DNA of 64,000 nucleotides from Phoronis australis (taxonomy: Eukaryota; Animalia; Phoronida). Shown in pieces: positions 39,894-53,000 of the stretch; position 1 is the first letter of the stretch; the number at the start of each line of letters is the position of its first letter. A program made the translations under genes and the position numbers. The notes under the pieces are model-generated. The model was not told the DNA's origin, ran no database searches, and saw nothing but the letters and a program-made list of their open reading frames with translations. The DNA lies in contig NMRA01000543.1 in NCBI GenBank assembly GCA_002633005.1, positions 211,188 to 275,187 of the forward strand, written 5' to 3'.

Positions 39894-42800
39894 CTATAGT
39901 ACAACCTCTTCGATATCATCGTCAATATCATCCACGGCATTTACTGTAGGCTTGGCATGAAAAGCACTGACATCTTGCCTGGGTCGCCTAGGCAACAACT
40001 TTGTTGTCGTCTCCCCAAAGATAGGTGATCCCAATGAGTCGTTATTGTTTGTGCTATTATCACTTGCCCATGGCAGAGACTTCTTGTCCGACACTGGTTT
40101 AGCCTTGGTGGAAGAGCTAAAGATATCGTCCTCACCAAATGAACTTTTTGGCTTCGAACTGTCCTCACCAAATAAACTCTCCATGAGATTTGATCGGTTT
40201 GATCGAGGATTTCGTTTATTTTTTGACGGACTAGGCTTTGACTGGGTGAGAAATGAAGGATTGTAACCTATGCTATCATCATCATCCTCATCGTCAAAAA
40301 CGAAATTTTTCTTCTTATTCTTTTTCTCCAAAATCTCATCTTCATGTGAGGGAAGTCCATTGTGTAAGTTCTCCACAGGCTTTGGGAACGTATAAGGCTT
40401 GCGTTCAGCCGATGATGGGAAGTCGCCACCCTCTCTCACCGGCTTCTTGGTCAGTGGTGAAATGTCTATGGGGTCACCTTTTGATTTTGACTCATCTATT
40501 TGTTTCATCTTCTGTAACAACAGGTCTTTCTTCCGTCTATCCTCTTGGGCCTTGGCATCATTGGCTATCCTGTCTGCCTCTTCACGTGCCCGTCGCTGTC
40601 TCTCCTCACGATCTCGCCGCTCTCTTTCTTCTCTGTCTTCCCTCTCTCGTCGCTCCCTCTCCAAGCGATCCTCTCTCTCCCGCCTCTCTCGTTCCTCTCT
40701 CTCCCGCCGCTCGCGATCTTCCCTTTCTCGATCCAGCCTCTCACGTTCTTCAACTTCTCTCCTCTGCCTGTCCTCAGCCTCTCGTTTCATTCGCTGTCGC
40801 TCATGCCTCAAATCCTCTTCTTCTTCCTCAAACTGCCTACGCCTTCTCTCTTCGTCCTCTCGCCGCAAACGGTCCTCACGATCACGCCTCTCAAGATCCT
40901 CGCGTTCCATACGCTCGCGCTCTTCACGGTCTCTTCTTTCCTGTTCTTCACGGTCTCTCCTCTCGTGATCTTTGTCGTACGACTGCTGAACAGAGTCCCA
41001 GTCCATTGAAGGAGGTGCTACGTTTTTTCTTTCCTTCTCTTCTTTTTCACGTTTCAAACGTTCCTGGATGGATGAAAAAAAAAATGGTCTCACTAACTTC
41101 GGTACAACAACCAGACTATTCAAATACAATTAATATTTCAATGCAACAACTGAACTATTCAAATAGACTGAAAGCGTATAATCTGAAACTGAAAGCTTGA
41201 TGCAGGAGTCTGTAAGACTGTTAAAAATTGATGAAGTTGAAGTCACATTTTCCTCCAGGCAGTCACTGAACAGCTTGTTCGAAAACTGAACCCAGACCAG
41301 ACAATTGAAATTAACAACTCAGAACCACGCACTTAGCAAAAATAAAACCTGAATTTATGTGCATTTACGGGAGTTTTATTTCTAAAGTATTTAATAATAC
41401 AACATTGCAATGTTCTTGATTTAGAACATTGTTTTGGTTATAACATTCCATTGACCACAAGTCCTACGCAAATTACTGAATGCAAACTTCGGTTAAGAGG
41501 AATGTTTCACAAACATTCACTGTAACGTGATTTAACCCTAACTTTCTTTGTCTAGAGTAAAATACAAAAAGGTTTTGAATTCATAAGAATGTTATTCTAT
41601 CTGAAATAAGAGTCCTAAAGATTTTGAGTTGATTCTGCTGTTACGATGTTTACTCTAGTCAAGTGCCCATAGAACCTCACTGAAATAAGCTCTGCAAGAA
41701 GACAACAGCTAAACATAAGCAGTGATTTTATTGTTGAGACTTAACGGTTAAAATTTTGACTAGAATGAAATAGCCGCAACACCTTTTTCAAAATTAAGAA
41801 CTTGTAATGGTCATGCACAGCTTAATAAATCATTAATGCAAAGCAGTCATGGCAGATCCTGTGGTGGCTTAAACAGAATATATTCTGAATGAATTTAAAT
41901 ATAGTTTACATGAACAATAAACAAGGTAAAGATGGGGTTACCTCTCTTTTCCGTTTTTCATCTTCACGACGCTTCTCCTCTAAAACCCTTGCTTTCTCTC
42001 GCGGCGAGATCTCCGGTGAACTTTTCTTTTGTTTCTTCGGCTTGTTCGGTGATGGAGTTGGCGAATTGTTTGCAGACAATGGAAGTTTGTGCGGGGGCTT
42101 TAGCACACGGTTGCTGTATATATTTTTTATCTCCAGCTCTTTTTCTTTCTCCTGAAATAGGCAAAAACCTGTTACACAACAAGTACGTTATACAGGGTTT
42201 TTTTTGTCTCTTTACATGCTATATGCTGACAAGGTGTAGCATTGGAAAAATTAGAAAACCCCCATTTTTAGAAAGTTATCAAGAGGAAACCATACCCTAT
42301 AAGGGAGTAAGTACCATTCAAGGGGACCTAATTGTGAGTTTCTTAAAAATGTCACCCATCGTTGATTTTTTTTGAAGACATAATCCTACAAAATGCTTAT
42401 TAATGAATAAAACTTGGTTGAACAGCACTTATCTAAGAGGCATGTAATAAACGCACCCTCCGTTAGAATACCCCCCTTGGGTTTCAATAACCTGTCACTG
42501 GATACATTCCCATAATGACAATTTATTTTATTACGAAAAATTGTACGCAAAAGTGTTCTTATAGTGCAGCAAATTTCCTGAAGCCCATCTTATCAAAGGT
42601 TATAGCAATGTATCTTAGACTTGACTGTCACATACTTCATTAATGAACGAGGAATATCTCGATGATTATCAAGGGTGAACTTGGACAACTAGGGGTTAAA
42701 TTTAATTGTAATTTATGATTCTACAACTGAAAAAAGCAATAACAGGTTCCAAATCCATGACAATCTCAGCAACGACAGGGCTCGCCACCTTTAATGAAGC

Positions 42801-45800
42801 AATACCTCATTTAAAGAAAGCACAACAAACAGTAACCTGCATTCATGCGGTGGTCAAATGCAATTATATGTGTTAAACATCTCAGTTTTTAAGAAAAATT
42901 TGACTTCATCACAAACATGTTCGTGGGTTACTTATTCAGATTTCATGATCAATTATTAAGCCAAAAAACATAGTTGGTTCCGATCTGTGGTTGTTTCGTT
43001 TTATGCAGCACGCAGTACTTTTTTGTTGTTGATTTTTTCAAAAAACAAAATCTGCGTAATATCACCCTAAGAGTTGCAACAATGGCTTTTTTGTTTTTAA
43101 AAAAATTCACTCTGTACGATTTAAAGTGGTGCGATGTTTTTCTTTTATATAAACTTGCTTCATATCAGCTCAAGTAGTGTGAAGACACTGCTAAACCGGA
43201 TATCAGTTTTTAAGTAGTCATGTTCAAGTTAAGAAATGATGCAGGCACAGACCAGAACCTATTGCTTGTTTTTCACCTGAAGGGAACATTTTGAACATTT
43301 TCAACAATGTAACTGGCTTTTGAAAAAGGGCACTCTGGAAATTGTGGTCATTATTTTTGCGCACAAATTATTGAGAGGAGTGATCCTCGTTACTCTTTTC
43401 CAGTTGAAGGCATAAATACTGTCAGTAAGCAAAATATTGTATTTTCCACATTTCACTGTTGGGGTCCATACAGTCATTTGTTTTTCTAGTAAAAATTTTT
43501 GTTTTACGAATGGAAAAACATTTCCTCGCGAATAAGACGCTGCTGTTGAGTCAGGCAGAAATTTATGGTCGGCTTCATGTGGGGGAAACAAACTTAATTT
43601 TACTTTCTGTAAAATCTATGATAAATGACATTACATCAAGCACTGGCCGTGGCTTGACGTTACCATTTTTCACTGATGATGTATATCTAAAAATGCATTA
43701 ACACAATGCAACCTAACTCCATTATCTTACATCAGTCATACCTTAATTTGTCCCATGGCTTTCTGTAGCTCGTCTTTGAGCTCAGCATTCTCTTTCTGCA
43801 ATTCTCGCAGCTTTCCTATTTCCGTAGCTAGCTCCCTGCGGTGGTTCTTCTGAAGATTTTCCACGTGACGAGATAACTCCTGTGGGAAGATAATGAAATC
43901 ATTATCATGGCAACCAGGTCATGGTAAAAAATTACACAACATGAGTGGAACGCATTATAAATTAATTTTGCTCTATGGTTATAAAATATTGATAGAAACT
44001 GGCTATTATTCTGACCAAAAATTCATTAAGACTTACATCTTGAAAGTGTAAGGTCACGAAGTTTAATTAGATTTTAGGAGCAATTGACTGTGATAAAAAA
44101 CCAACTGTTACGACGAGTTAAAAAGTTTGTAGCAAGCGTTACTGGAATCTTATAATCTATCCATGTGTCCATATAATTGCCATATAGCTGTTTGATTTTG
44201 AAGTCAGCAAGGATCAGAGACATGTTAACATTTGCCAAAACACAATAATTTGTCACAAGGCGTGCCAAGATAGTTCTTAAGTTATCAACTAATATTGCTT
44301 GTCAGGTCAGGTGAATGTTTAGCCTATAAGCTATACCAACACCTCCAATGTTATTGTAAACACTGGCCATAGCTTAATCCCCAGAGACATGTGTGGCCAC
44401 TTAAAATCCATACTTAAATCAATAGGGAGGCCATATGATTTCAGCTATCAATATTTCACAACTTGTTCACCAGGGAAACTCCGATTTCATCATACACAAA
44501 CTACAGTTCTAATAGAGTATGAGGCATTGTGTCAATGTGGCCATTGCATAACATTTTGAACCAAATATAAAAGGTACATATTTGAAAATTTGTGATTTCC
44601 TTTCATTTTGACATGCATCTCAAGATTGCAGAAACTAAAGGGACAGCTGAAATGCATTCCACATAAAAGCCAAATTTAGCGATACATAAAATTCTAAAAG
44701 TGGATGAGCTATTACTGTAACAGATTTTATCTTGTATTTGTAACCGTCCCAGCATTTGCAGAAGCCAACATGTGGAGAATTACAACACAGGAACTCCATG
44801 TGACAACTAGTCATTTTACAGTAAGTGTGTGACCTTACCATATTGAAAATGTGACGAATGACATTGAAGAGTTTGATAAAAAGAGAAACAGAACCCGAAT
44901 GGAGCCTTGATTAGTTATTATAAGCACAAAATAGTGGATTTAAACCGGTAATAGGATACTCATGACCTTCTACTTGTCAAAATGTTGACAAACCTATAAC
45001 ACTTCAAATTCAAGAAACATGTAGTTCAAATACAACCCAAGTACCTCTAATTTGTAGTGGGGGCCTGGTTATTGTCTATTACCACAAACTGAGATTAACT
45101 TCCAGCACAGTCAAATGACTATAAACCTTCACAATTTCTGAAACTTTGATTTAAAACTCAACATTGGTATATCAAAAATACAAAAAAACAACAATCAACA
45201 AAAAAGAAAAATGTTAAAATTGTGTATCTTACATTACACTTCTGGTCCTTTTCTTCGAGAACTGACTCCGTCTTGGACAACTTTCTAGTCAAGTCCTCAC
45301 GCTCAGCGAGTTTCTTGTCCGACGCAATTGTCCTCAGTTTCTGTAGCTCCTTGGTCGTCTTAGCGAACTCGTCTTCAACATCCTTCTTCCGTCGTTCGCT
45401 CTTCTGCAGCTTTTCTTTATACTTTCTGATCTGCTCTTTCAACGTCCGCACCTCTTCCCCATGCTGCTGAATAAGTCTCGGAAGTTCACTATCCTGACCC
45501 TCAAACTTCTCTAGCGCCCTCTCCTGGCGATGCTGCGTTCGTTTGAGGTATTTGTTCTCCAGTTTTAAGTCCTGAATCTGTTGTATCATGTTTTCATTAT
45601 CATTCCTGAGCTCGTTGATTTTCAGCCGCCGCGCCGAAAGCATTCTTTTGGCCACGTAGTCTACGCGCGGGGTCGACGTCTTCGTTCCCTGCCGGGTCGA
45701 CGCATTCTTCGTATTCCTACTTTTGACTGTACTTACAGTGGACTTTTTGCCACTTACTGAAAAGGAAACGCGTACTTTAACTGCAGTCGGTCTTTGTTTA

Positions 45801-46980
45801 CTGCTGTTGCTGTATTGGTTAAGAGTGCCACAAATGTTTGTTGTGCTGAGTAGCAGAAAGACGGCTCAAAAATTGAAATGTTAATTATTTTGTACATCTG
45901 GGCTTTAGCGAGATTCAAAATGTCACAGCGTCTAAACATTTAGCTGAGAACTAAACTAAAAACTAAAAGTCCAAATGTTAGACATGACACTATATCAACA
46001 TACATCTTAGAAAATACCGCATTCAGTAAGTTGCAACATCTCTTTTTGAATTGAAAGTTTTCTCAGCTCGGTCCACAACAACTGAGGTTTGGTTCCCTGA
46101 AAGGACCGGCCTCGCTCACATCAACTCTCCTTCAGATACTCACCGAGACGAATAGCCATTTCACAAAATGGAACAAACATGATTTCTACATCAAATGCTT
46201 TAAAAACGATACAACATGCAACCTGTGCAGATAGATATACAGAGGACTAAAAACATTTAGAAAAAATCGGAAATTAAGAAAAATATGACAGGGGAAAGCA
46301 ATTAGCAAGAACATTGAAAACTATATTTTCAAATCTGAAGTCAAGAGAGATTGCATAAACATATACATAGTTTTAAGCCTAACTACAGATCGTGCAGCCA
46401 TCAGTAACAGATGAAGATAATAAGATAACAAATGGATTAAACATAATTAGCTCCATAGTACAATGAATAACACAAGAAAAATGTCAACATGCTCAACAGG
46501 ATGTCCTCGATTTATAAACAGTTAATATGTATAATACTCAACAGTCTGGGAACACAAATGACTGTTGTGAATGGCATTCGTAATTAGCTGCTTATTAGCA
46601 AATACGTACTTTGTAATAACAGATAAACCTACGTGTCATAAAATCTATCACGTTAAACATGCCAAAATTTGAGAAAACGGAAAAACAGCATGTCATGTGC
46701 CATCTTGAACAAATCGAATTTGTTCTCATAGCATTCGAACAAATTTTAAACACAGTAGGTTGTGCCCATCAAGGCAATATGTTAAGCATAAAGTTGACAA
46801 CACAAAAAAGACATGCATACCGGTGCTGGTGGAATTGGCTTTTTTAATAGAGGTGCTTTTACCAATTGTTTTAAGTGGCGGAAGATCGTCTTCCTCGGAC
46901 ACAAAAGAATCGCTGTAGTCTGTGTAATCATCCGAGTAGTACGACCGGCTATCCGCCGACTTTGCTTTTTTGCCAGACAT
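39894..46980 (-). CDS. LCA5: Lebercilin / lebercilin-like ciliary coiled-coil protein; 5 coding exons from ATG 46980, about 733 aa
   Basis: Exons 46821-46980, 45233-45756, 43742-43879, 41942-42151, 39894-41063, phases consistent. Lebercilin domain VAKRMLSARRLKINELRN...ENKYLKRTQHRQERALEKFEGQDSELPRLIQQHGEEVRTLKEQIRK, LAEREDL, EKEKELEIKNIYSNR; C-terminal VENLHNGLPSH, YNPSF, KSNLMESLFG-like motif, DDIEEVVL. LCA5 versus LCA5L cannot be separated (probable co-ortholog). Confidence 0.9.
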
Positions 46981-47120
46981 CTCGTCACAGCTGACGTTAA
47001 TGGTTAAGGTGTTTAAGTTAGCATGCAGGCTAGGTACCAGGAGGGCTCTGTATTGCTGTAAAAGTCAAGCAAACCTGTCAGTGCACAGAGAGAGAGAGGC
47101 GGAGGGAGCGACGGAGAGCT

Positions 47121-48549
47121 GTGATGGAACAATAGCAGGTGACATCACAGAAATATTGAGGTACTAGAACAGGACCCTCGCTCACCTTACATGAAAAGTG
47201 CCTGAAAACCTTTTGATTGAAGGGAAGATCTCACCTTAATTCCCATCACCACCAATTCCAACCCCCACACCCCGGTCTTCAAGTATAAGCCAAAATTAAC
47301 CTTTTGCCTAAGGGATTCTGTTCTTGACGGGAATCATTCATGTGGAATTTTTGGGCCTAACGAGGGAATTTCACATAATTTTTAAATATTTTTCATAAGG
47401 GAATGGGCCGATATTCTGCCTCAAAATCGAGGCAGAGGGCTCGACCTGCAGTATTGGTTGCAATGGGGTAGCATTTGGGAATAGGCTTGTATCTTGCTCA
47501 ATCCAGACCATGAACCAACTATTTGTATTTGACGTACTTTAAAAGGGAAGAATTTGAGTATTTCAAAATTAAAAAATATTTATTTTACAATAATCTAAAA
47601 TTCAAAGATTTTAATAACAGATAGGCTCCTAAGGTACTTTTATTTTGAGGCAGGTTATTTTTGAGTCGCAAATGATCCCCAACACATATGTGCATGAACG
47701 AGTGAATGAGGTATGAAAGTTTTCTCTTCATTTTCAATTGTTCGTGGAAAGTATTACGTTATAGTATTCAGAATGCATAACATTTACATTTTTTGAGATA
47801 ATTTGCAGTTTTGCACACACAGTGATTTNGTGATGGAACAATAGCAGATGACATCACAGAAATATTGAGGTACTAGAACAGGACCCTCGCTCACCTTACA
47901 TGAAAAGTGCCTGAACCTTCTGAGCTGAAAACCTTTTGATTGAAGGGAAAATCTCACCTTAATTCCCATCATGCACCAATTCCATCCCCCACACCCCGGT
48001 CTTCAAGTAGCCAAAATTAACATTTTGCCTAAGGGATTCTGTTCTTGACGGGAATCATTCATGTGGAATTTTTGGGCATAACCAGGGAATTTCACATAAT
48101 TTTTAAATATTTTTCATAAGGGAATGGGCCGATATTCTGCCTCAAAATCGAGGCAGAGGGCTCGACCTGCAGTATTGGTTGCAATGGGGTAGCATTTGGG
48201 AATAGGCTTGTATCTTGCTCGATCCAGACCATGAACCAACTATTTGTATTTGACGTACTTTAAAAGGGAGGAATTTGAGTATTTCAAAATTAAAAAATAT
48301 TTATTTTACAATAATCTAAAATTCAAAGATTTTAATAACAGATAGGCCCCTAAGGTACTTTTATTTTGAGGCAGTTTATTTTTGAGTCGCAAATGATCCC
48401 CAACACATATGTGCATGAACGAGTGAATGAGGTATGAAAGTTTTCTCTTCATTTTCAATTGTTCGTGGAAAGTATTACGTTATAGTATTCAGAATGCATA
48501 ACATTTACATTTTTTGAGATAATTTGCAGTTTTGCACACACAGTGATTT
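47121..48549. repeat. About 710-bp tandem duplication joined by a single N (47829); probable assembly artefact
   Basis: 47121-47828 and 47830-48549 near-identical with small indels, junction at the N. Confidence 0.9.
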
Positions 48550-48941
48550 TTTAGAATTTCAAGAAATTCTGTCAAGTCACTGTTTTTGACCTGGATGCTA
48601 TTTTGTGATGACATTCTAAAAGTCTTTTAAGATACTAGAAGTTGTGCAGTTAACAATTTTATGAGGTCATGCAGTCTGTCAGGTAAAATTCATCAACTGC
48701 AAAAGGAAAAGGGCTGAAACCTCGACATAAAACCTACAAATAATGAATATATAATGAGAAGAGTTACTGAAGAAGGTAGTACAGATGCCTTTTTGACGAT
48801 CAATAAACTAAGGCGACATCATAAAGTCCAAAGGAGAAAACTTTGAAGTTGCAACACAAAATTTTACCTACAATCACATTTTAAAAATATAAGTTATAAT
48901 ACATGACATACAGTAAAATTACCAGCAATTTAACACCATAC

Positions 48942-48965
48942 CTCAAGAGTGGCCGTAGCGATCAT
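48942..48965 (-). CDS. Candidate first exon of the lebercilin gene (5' UTR or MIATATLE N-terminal extension)
   Basis: Ends GAG|GTATGG at 48942. In frame with the acceptor at 47055 (open to ATG 46980); the alternative acceptor at 47074 puts an in-frame TGA before ATG 46980. Confidence 0.5.
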
Positions 48966-50039
48966 ATTGCCATAATTAGGTCTTGATAAGTAGCTGCAGA
49001 CTTGTCGGTAAAAGTGTACAGTAAAAGAGTCTCTCTTGAAAATGGCTGCCGAGAACCACTAGCTTCACTCAATGACGGCAATGTCCGTTATACAGTGAAA
49101 CTGGTTCCCGGTAACCAGTTTGAAGAGGGACTCATTTAACCCACATTTACCGACTTGTCTACTGGTAACACTGGTTAGTGCGTCACTGTCACTGGTCGCC
49201 TGATCTCAAATTGTTCCTCTCTATTGCCGGAGTGATTTCAAGGTTTCGAATTAAGAAATTAACAATTTATTTACTGCTTGAGATCAGGCTCTACAAATTG
49301 GCTAATCACAGAGAATCACTTAACTGATGCATCGAGAATAGGCTCTAGGAATAAAGAACTATCAGATCCAATTAGTAAAATCAGAAATCACTTCTCACCT
49401 GATAAAGGGACAAGTTGAGACCAAAATTTATAGCAATAAGTGGCCCGGTATGAATCCAAAGTTGGACAAAACAGTACAAGGAAAAAAGAGACAAATTTAA
49501 TATTTTAGTTGATTCTCCTGAACTAATTGTGAATTGCATTCCACATTTAATTTGCATTGCATTCTCTTTCTCCAATGCCAATGGACCACTCGTATTCGCG
49601 ACTGTTCAGTTCTGTTCAGATCACAGGCAGTTGTCGCAGAAATTTTAAACGAAGAAAAATACAGCTATTTTGAACAACTGTTAAACAACGTAATGTACCT
49701 GTGGTTCTCGGTTCCATGTAGTTCGCGTTTATAGTCAATTGCTGAATCATACACGCATCAGAGATGAGAACTAATCAATTTTGTCGAAAGAATGTTGATA
49801 TTGTTTTTCTCCCCAGCAACGCTCTGCATAATACTCGTTTTATTATACGTCATCAAAACTGCGAAGTCCTCTGACGTCACGGATTTGTGTGCTGTTGAAG
49901 AAGGAAGTCGAAAGTTAGGGGGAAGTGTCTGTACGAAATCTTGTATAAATCCATCCAAATCGAGTGCATCCTGCAGCTGGGAAATTTTTTTGTTACTTAG
50001 TGATAATCCAAATTGACTGATTTTTTCCAAGCGCTCAAT
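48966..50039. promoter_or_regulatory. Putative bidirectional promoter LCA5-like/SH3BGR
   Basis: Divergent first exons about 1.1 kb apart; RFX X-box-like GTTCCCGGTAAC (49104-49115) and GTCTACTGGTAAC (49157-49169) on the LCA5 side; TGACGTCA at 49872-49879 on the SH3BGR side. Confidence 0.55.
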
Positions 50040-53000
50040 ATGGCCAGCATACAGTTGTTCATGTCTAGAGTATCAGGCAGTGGAAAAGTAAGTAGAAGAC
50101 AAAATGCTTCCATTTCCTGTTTTTTTGACACACCCACACTTACCGCACAGTAAGGTGTGCTAGTTTTGGTTGTCAGCCAAAGAGCAACAAGTTCTTAATT
50201 TTACACGCAGTTTTGCCCGTGCTAGCTAAGTTTTGAGAGACCTTGTAGTTGCTGTTGCATTGCTGTGTGTAGTTATGATTACTTGCAGACAAATTAAGAC
50301 ATTCTTGCACTGATCAGTGACTGATCGAATGTCACTGAATATCAATGAGTGTAGTGCCTTGTGGTCCCTGATTTGGAGAGCCTTCACAAAATGCGAGTTA
50401 TAATGTAGACTGGCCCTTACTGTTATGAAGTTGGCAGCAAATTCTTTTGTCAAAATTAGAGGTTACTCAGGGCAGGGATCATGCACTATTCAATAAACTC
50501 CCACTGCTTTCTATAGAGCAGTATTGAAATGTGCAGGAAGTCATGCAAGGTTCTCAATCTCCCACTGTGAGATGTGCTTGCCGATTGCTACAGCTACCTT
50601 GTGCATGGCTGCTGCCTGCCGTGCCTGTGTTCTTTTATTTGCTGCATTTGATATTTGATGAATGAATGGTTCCAGTCGAAGGTCATACAATAGCCAAACG
50701 CAGAGTAGCTAGCGATTGACATCACACGTAGCAGCGAGACTGATAACTTTCCAAGACTTCTGGCACATTTCTTTTAAGCACTGGATAAGTCAGTGGAAGT
50801 TTTACAATATACGAGAGGTAAATTAGTTCTAAAAAGGTGAAAGATAAAAATATACTTAGGCTTCTTTAGAACAAATAGACCTCTTATGCTCCTGTGGTCA
50901 GGGCAGTCTTTGTGTGGGTTATTCGTGATATCAAGAAATACTGAATCGTCATTTCTTTGCAAACCCTGTAATCTCTCATCTGAGTAGGGAACAATTCACA
51001 TTAATTTTTTAGCATTCTGGAAAAATCAGTTTCATGTTGATCACATCTATGCATTCATTGGCTGAATCATGCCTGTATCAGACTTCAAAGATGACAACTA
51101 ATTGAGTGTTAACGAAGGATTTTAAGAGGCCTTTATTAGTCTGTAGGTCATACCCAGAACTGGAAATTGACAACAGCGTTATGTGGTCTGGATCAAAAGT
51201 ATGCTTCTGAGATGTAGGGTAACACGGTTTTGTACCTCACTTGATGCTATAAAAGCGCCAGTTTTCAGCAAAGTTGTATTCGTGAGGTATAGCTGTATTT
51301 GTGAATGAGTTATTGACATTAAGCGAATGACCAAAAGAGGCGGTTATTGTATGGTAATTGTCATTTTAACCACCTCAGTCATTGTAGATAGTAGAATGAG
51401 AAAGGTGTAATACAGTACAAGACAAAAGTAATCAGACAAAATACAGGTTTCCTGTCCTGTTGGCTAATTCTGTGAACAGCAACAATGACTGGTAATATGA
51501 GGGCAAAATTCTAATTGCTGAATGGCTTGGCCTGTTGGCCACCTTTCTACTTTTCTTGATGATGAATTTGGCTTCCACCCAGCCATCACGACGGGGAATT
51601 CCGGGTCATTTTGTCTGACGGGGAATTCCGGGTCATTTTGTCTGACTGGGAATTCCGGGTCTGCATTTTGTCTGAACACATTTGGCTTGCACTGTGTTAT
51701 AAAATTCTCTCTGGTTGTTCCTGATGCTTAATTAAAAGTTACTGTTAGAATCGTATAAGTTGTCCTATGTTTGAGATCCAAACTTCAAGAAACGCTCGTC
51801 TATTTCTGAGGCAGTTAATGTACATAAGTGGGGGTACTGTTCTTATACATATTGGTATGTGGCACAGTTGACAGAGAGATGTAGAGTACATCTTTGCCTG
51901 GCATTCACATTTTGATCACTCTAGGCTAATGGGGACCTTCAGATATGGTGCCTGGGCTTACCAGACAGTCAATTTCTTGAAGCACGTGTTGAGCCTTATT
52001 GTCATAAGGGTTGCATTTATAGTCGCCAACATTTGTATATGACCTGTGTATTTTATTCATTTCCAACAAAGGAGAGTTGGTATGCTCCTCTGTCATGCTT
52101 GTCATCTTAATTGAAAACTTCTTTTCCGTGAAACTTTCGTATTTAATACAACAGTGGAAGTGTACGCTCATGAAATAATTGTCCACCACTCTGTGTTACA
52201 TGATATTCAATCACTTGCCTGTATGTATTCGTTTCACGTTGATTATCGTAGGTAAAAATGGAGCAGGCAAAAATGAAGAACGTGCTGGAATCCAAAAAAA
52301 TAGATTATGAAGAGGTAGACATCTCTTCGGACGAAGACCAAAGAAATTTCATGAAGGAGAACAGCAAGTCGGACAATAAAGGATTAGTTCCCCAACTGTT
52401 CAAAGATGGACAATATATTGGGGTAGGCTAGCGCGTTATCATCCTTTAGGTTGTGTGCATGTTATAAATTTTCAAGTTTGGAACGGTGGAAAATTATTTT
52501 GCTCACGGTCGTTTATTGAATGTGAACTGTTGTTCCCTAGGCTCACTCAAAAAGGCTGTAGTGCAGTTAAAAGTCTAGACTCGTTTTGCCTCAATGAAAG
52601 AGAGGCATTCATTAGTAAGAGTTATTCTGGAACCCAAATGACAAATTAGTAGACAAAACATGCCCTAGAAACTTATACATTTGTGTTAAATGGCTGTTAT
52701 CAAGGAGAAATATATTATTGTCGTCACGGTGATTCATGGGCTTCCCTAAACTTCTTGGTCAAAAGTGTTCATCAGTTTGTAAATATCTATCATGAAAAGG
52801 TTATTTGATGAAGCCAGTTGTTTTTGACGGGTGAAATTGTCAATTGTGAGCAAATATACCTGCTTGTATTCACATATCTCTTTTTGTCATTGTATAATTC
52901 TACCGTTTGTCTTGCAGTTTCGAGACCAAAATTGCTAGACATTCAAATCTTAAATTTAACAAATTCTCGATTATGGTCTCACTCCTCCTCTGTTTGATCA

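Noticed and set aside
40045-41200. Long plus-strand ORFs (40253-41200, 40399-40968, 40545-41009)
   Set aside because: Antisense shadows of the low-complexity E/R-rich lebercilin exon; S/L/R-rich with no independent features.
49758-50030. 90-aa minus-strand ORF upstream of SH3BGR
   Set aside because: Non-ATG start, overlaps the promoter/5' UTR, no recognisable domain or splice support.
51464-51731. ORFs with repeated DPEFPVRQN / TGNSGSFCL
   Set aside because: Translation of a 27-bp tandem repeat; units are contiguous with no unique spacers, so not a CRISPR array, and the DNA is eukaryotic.
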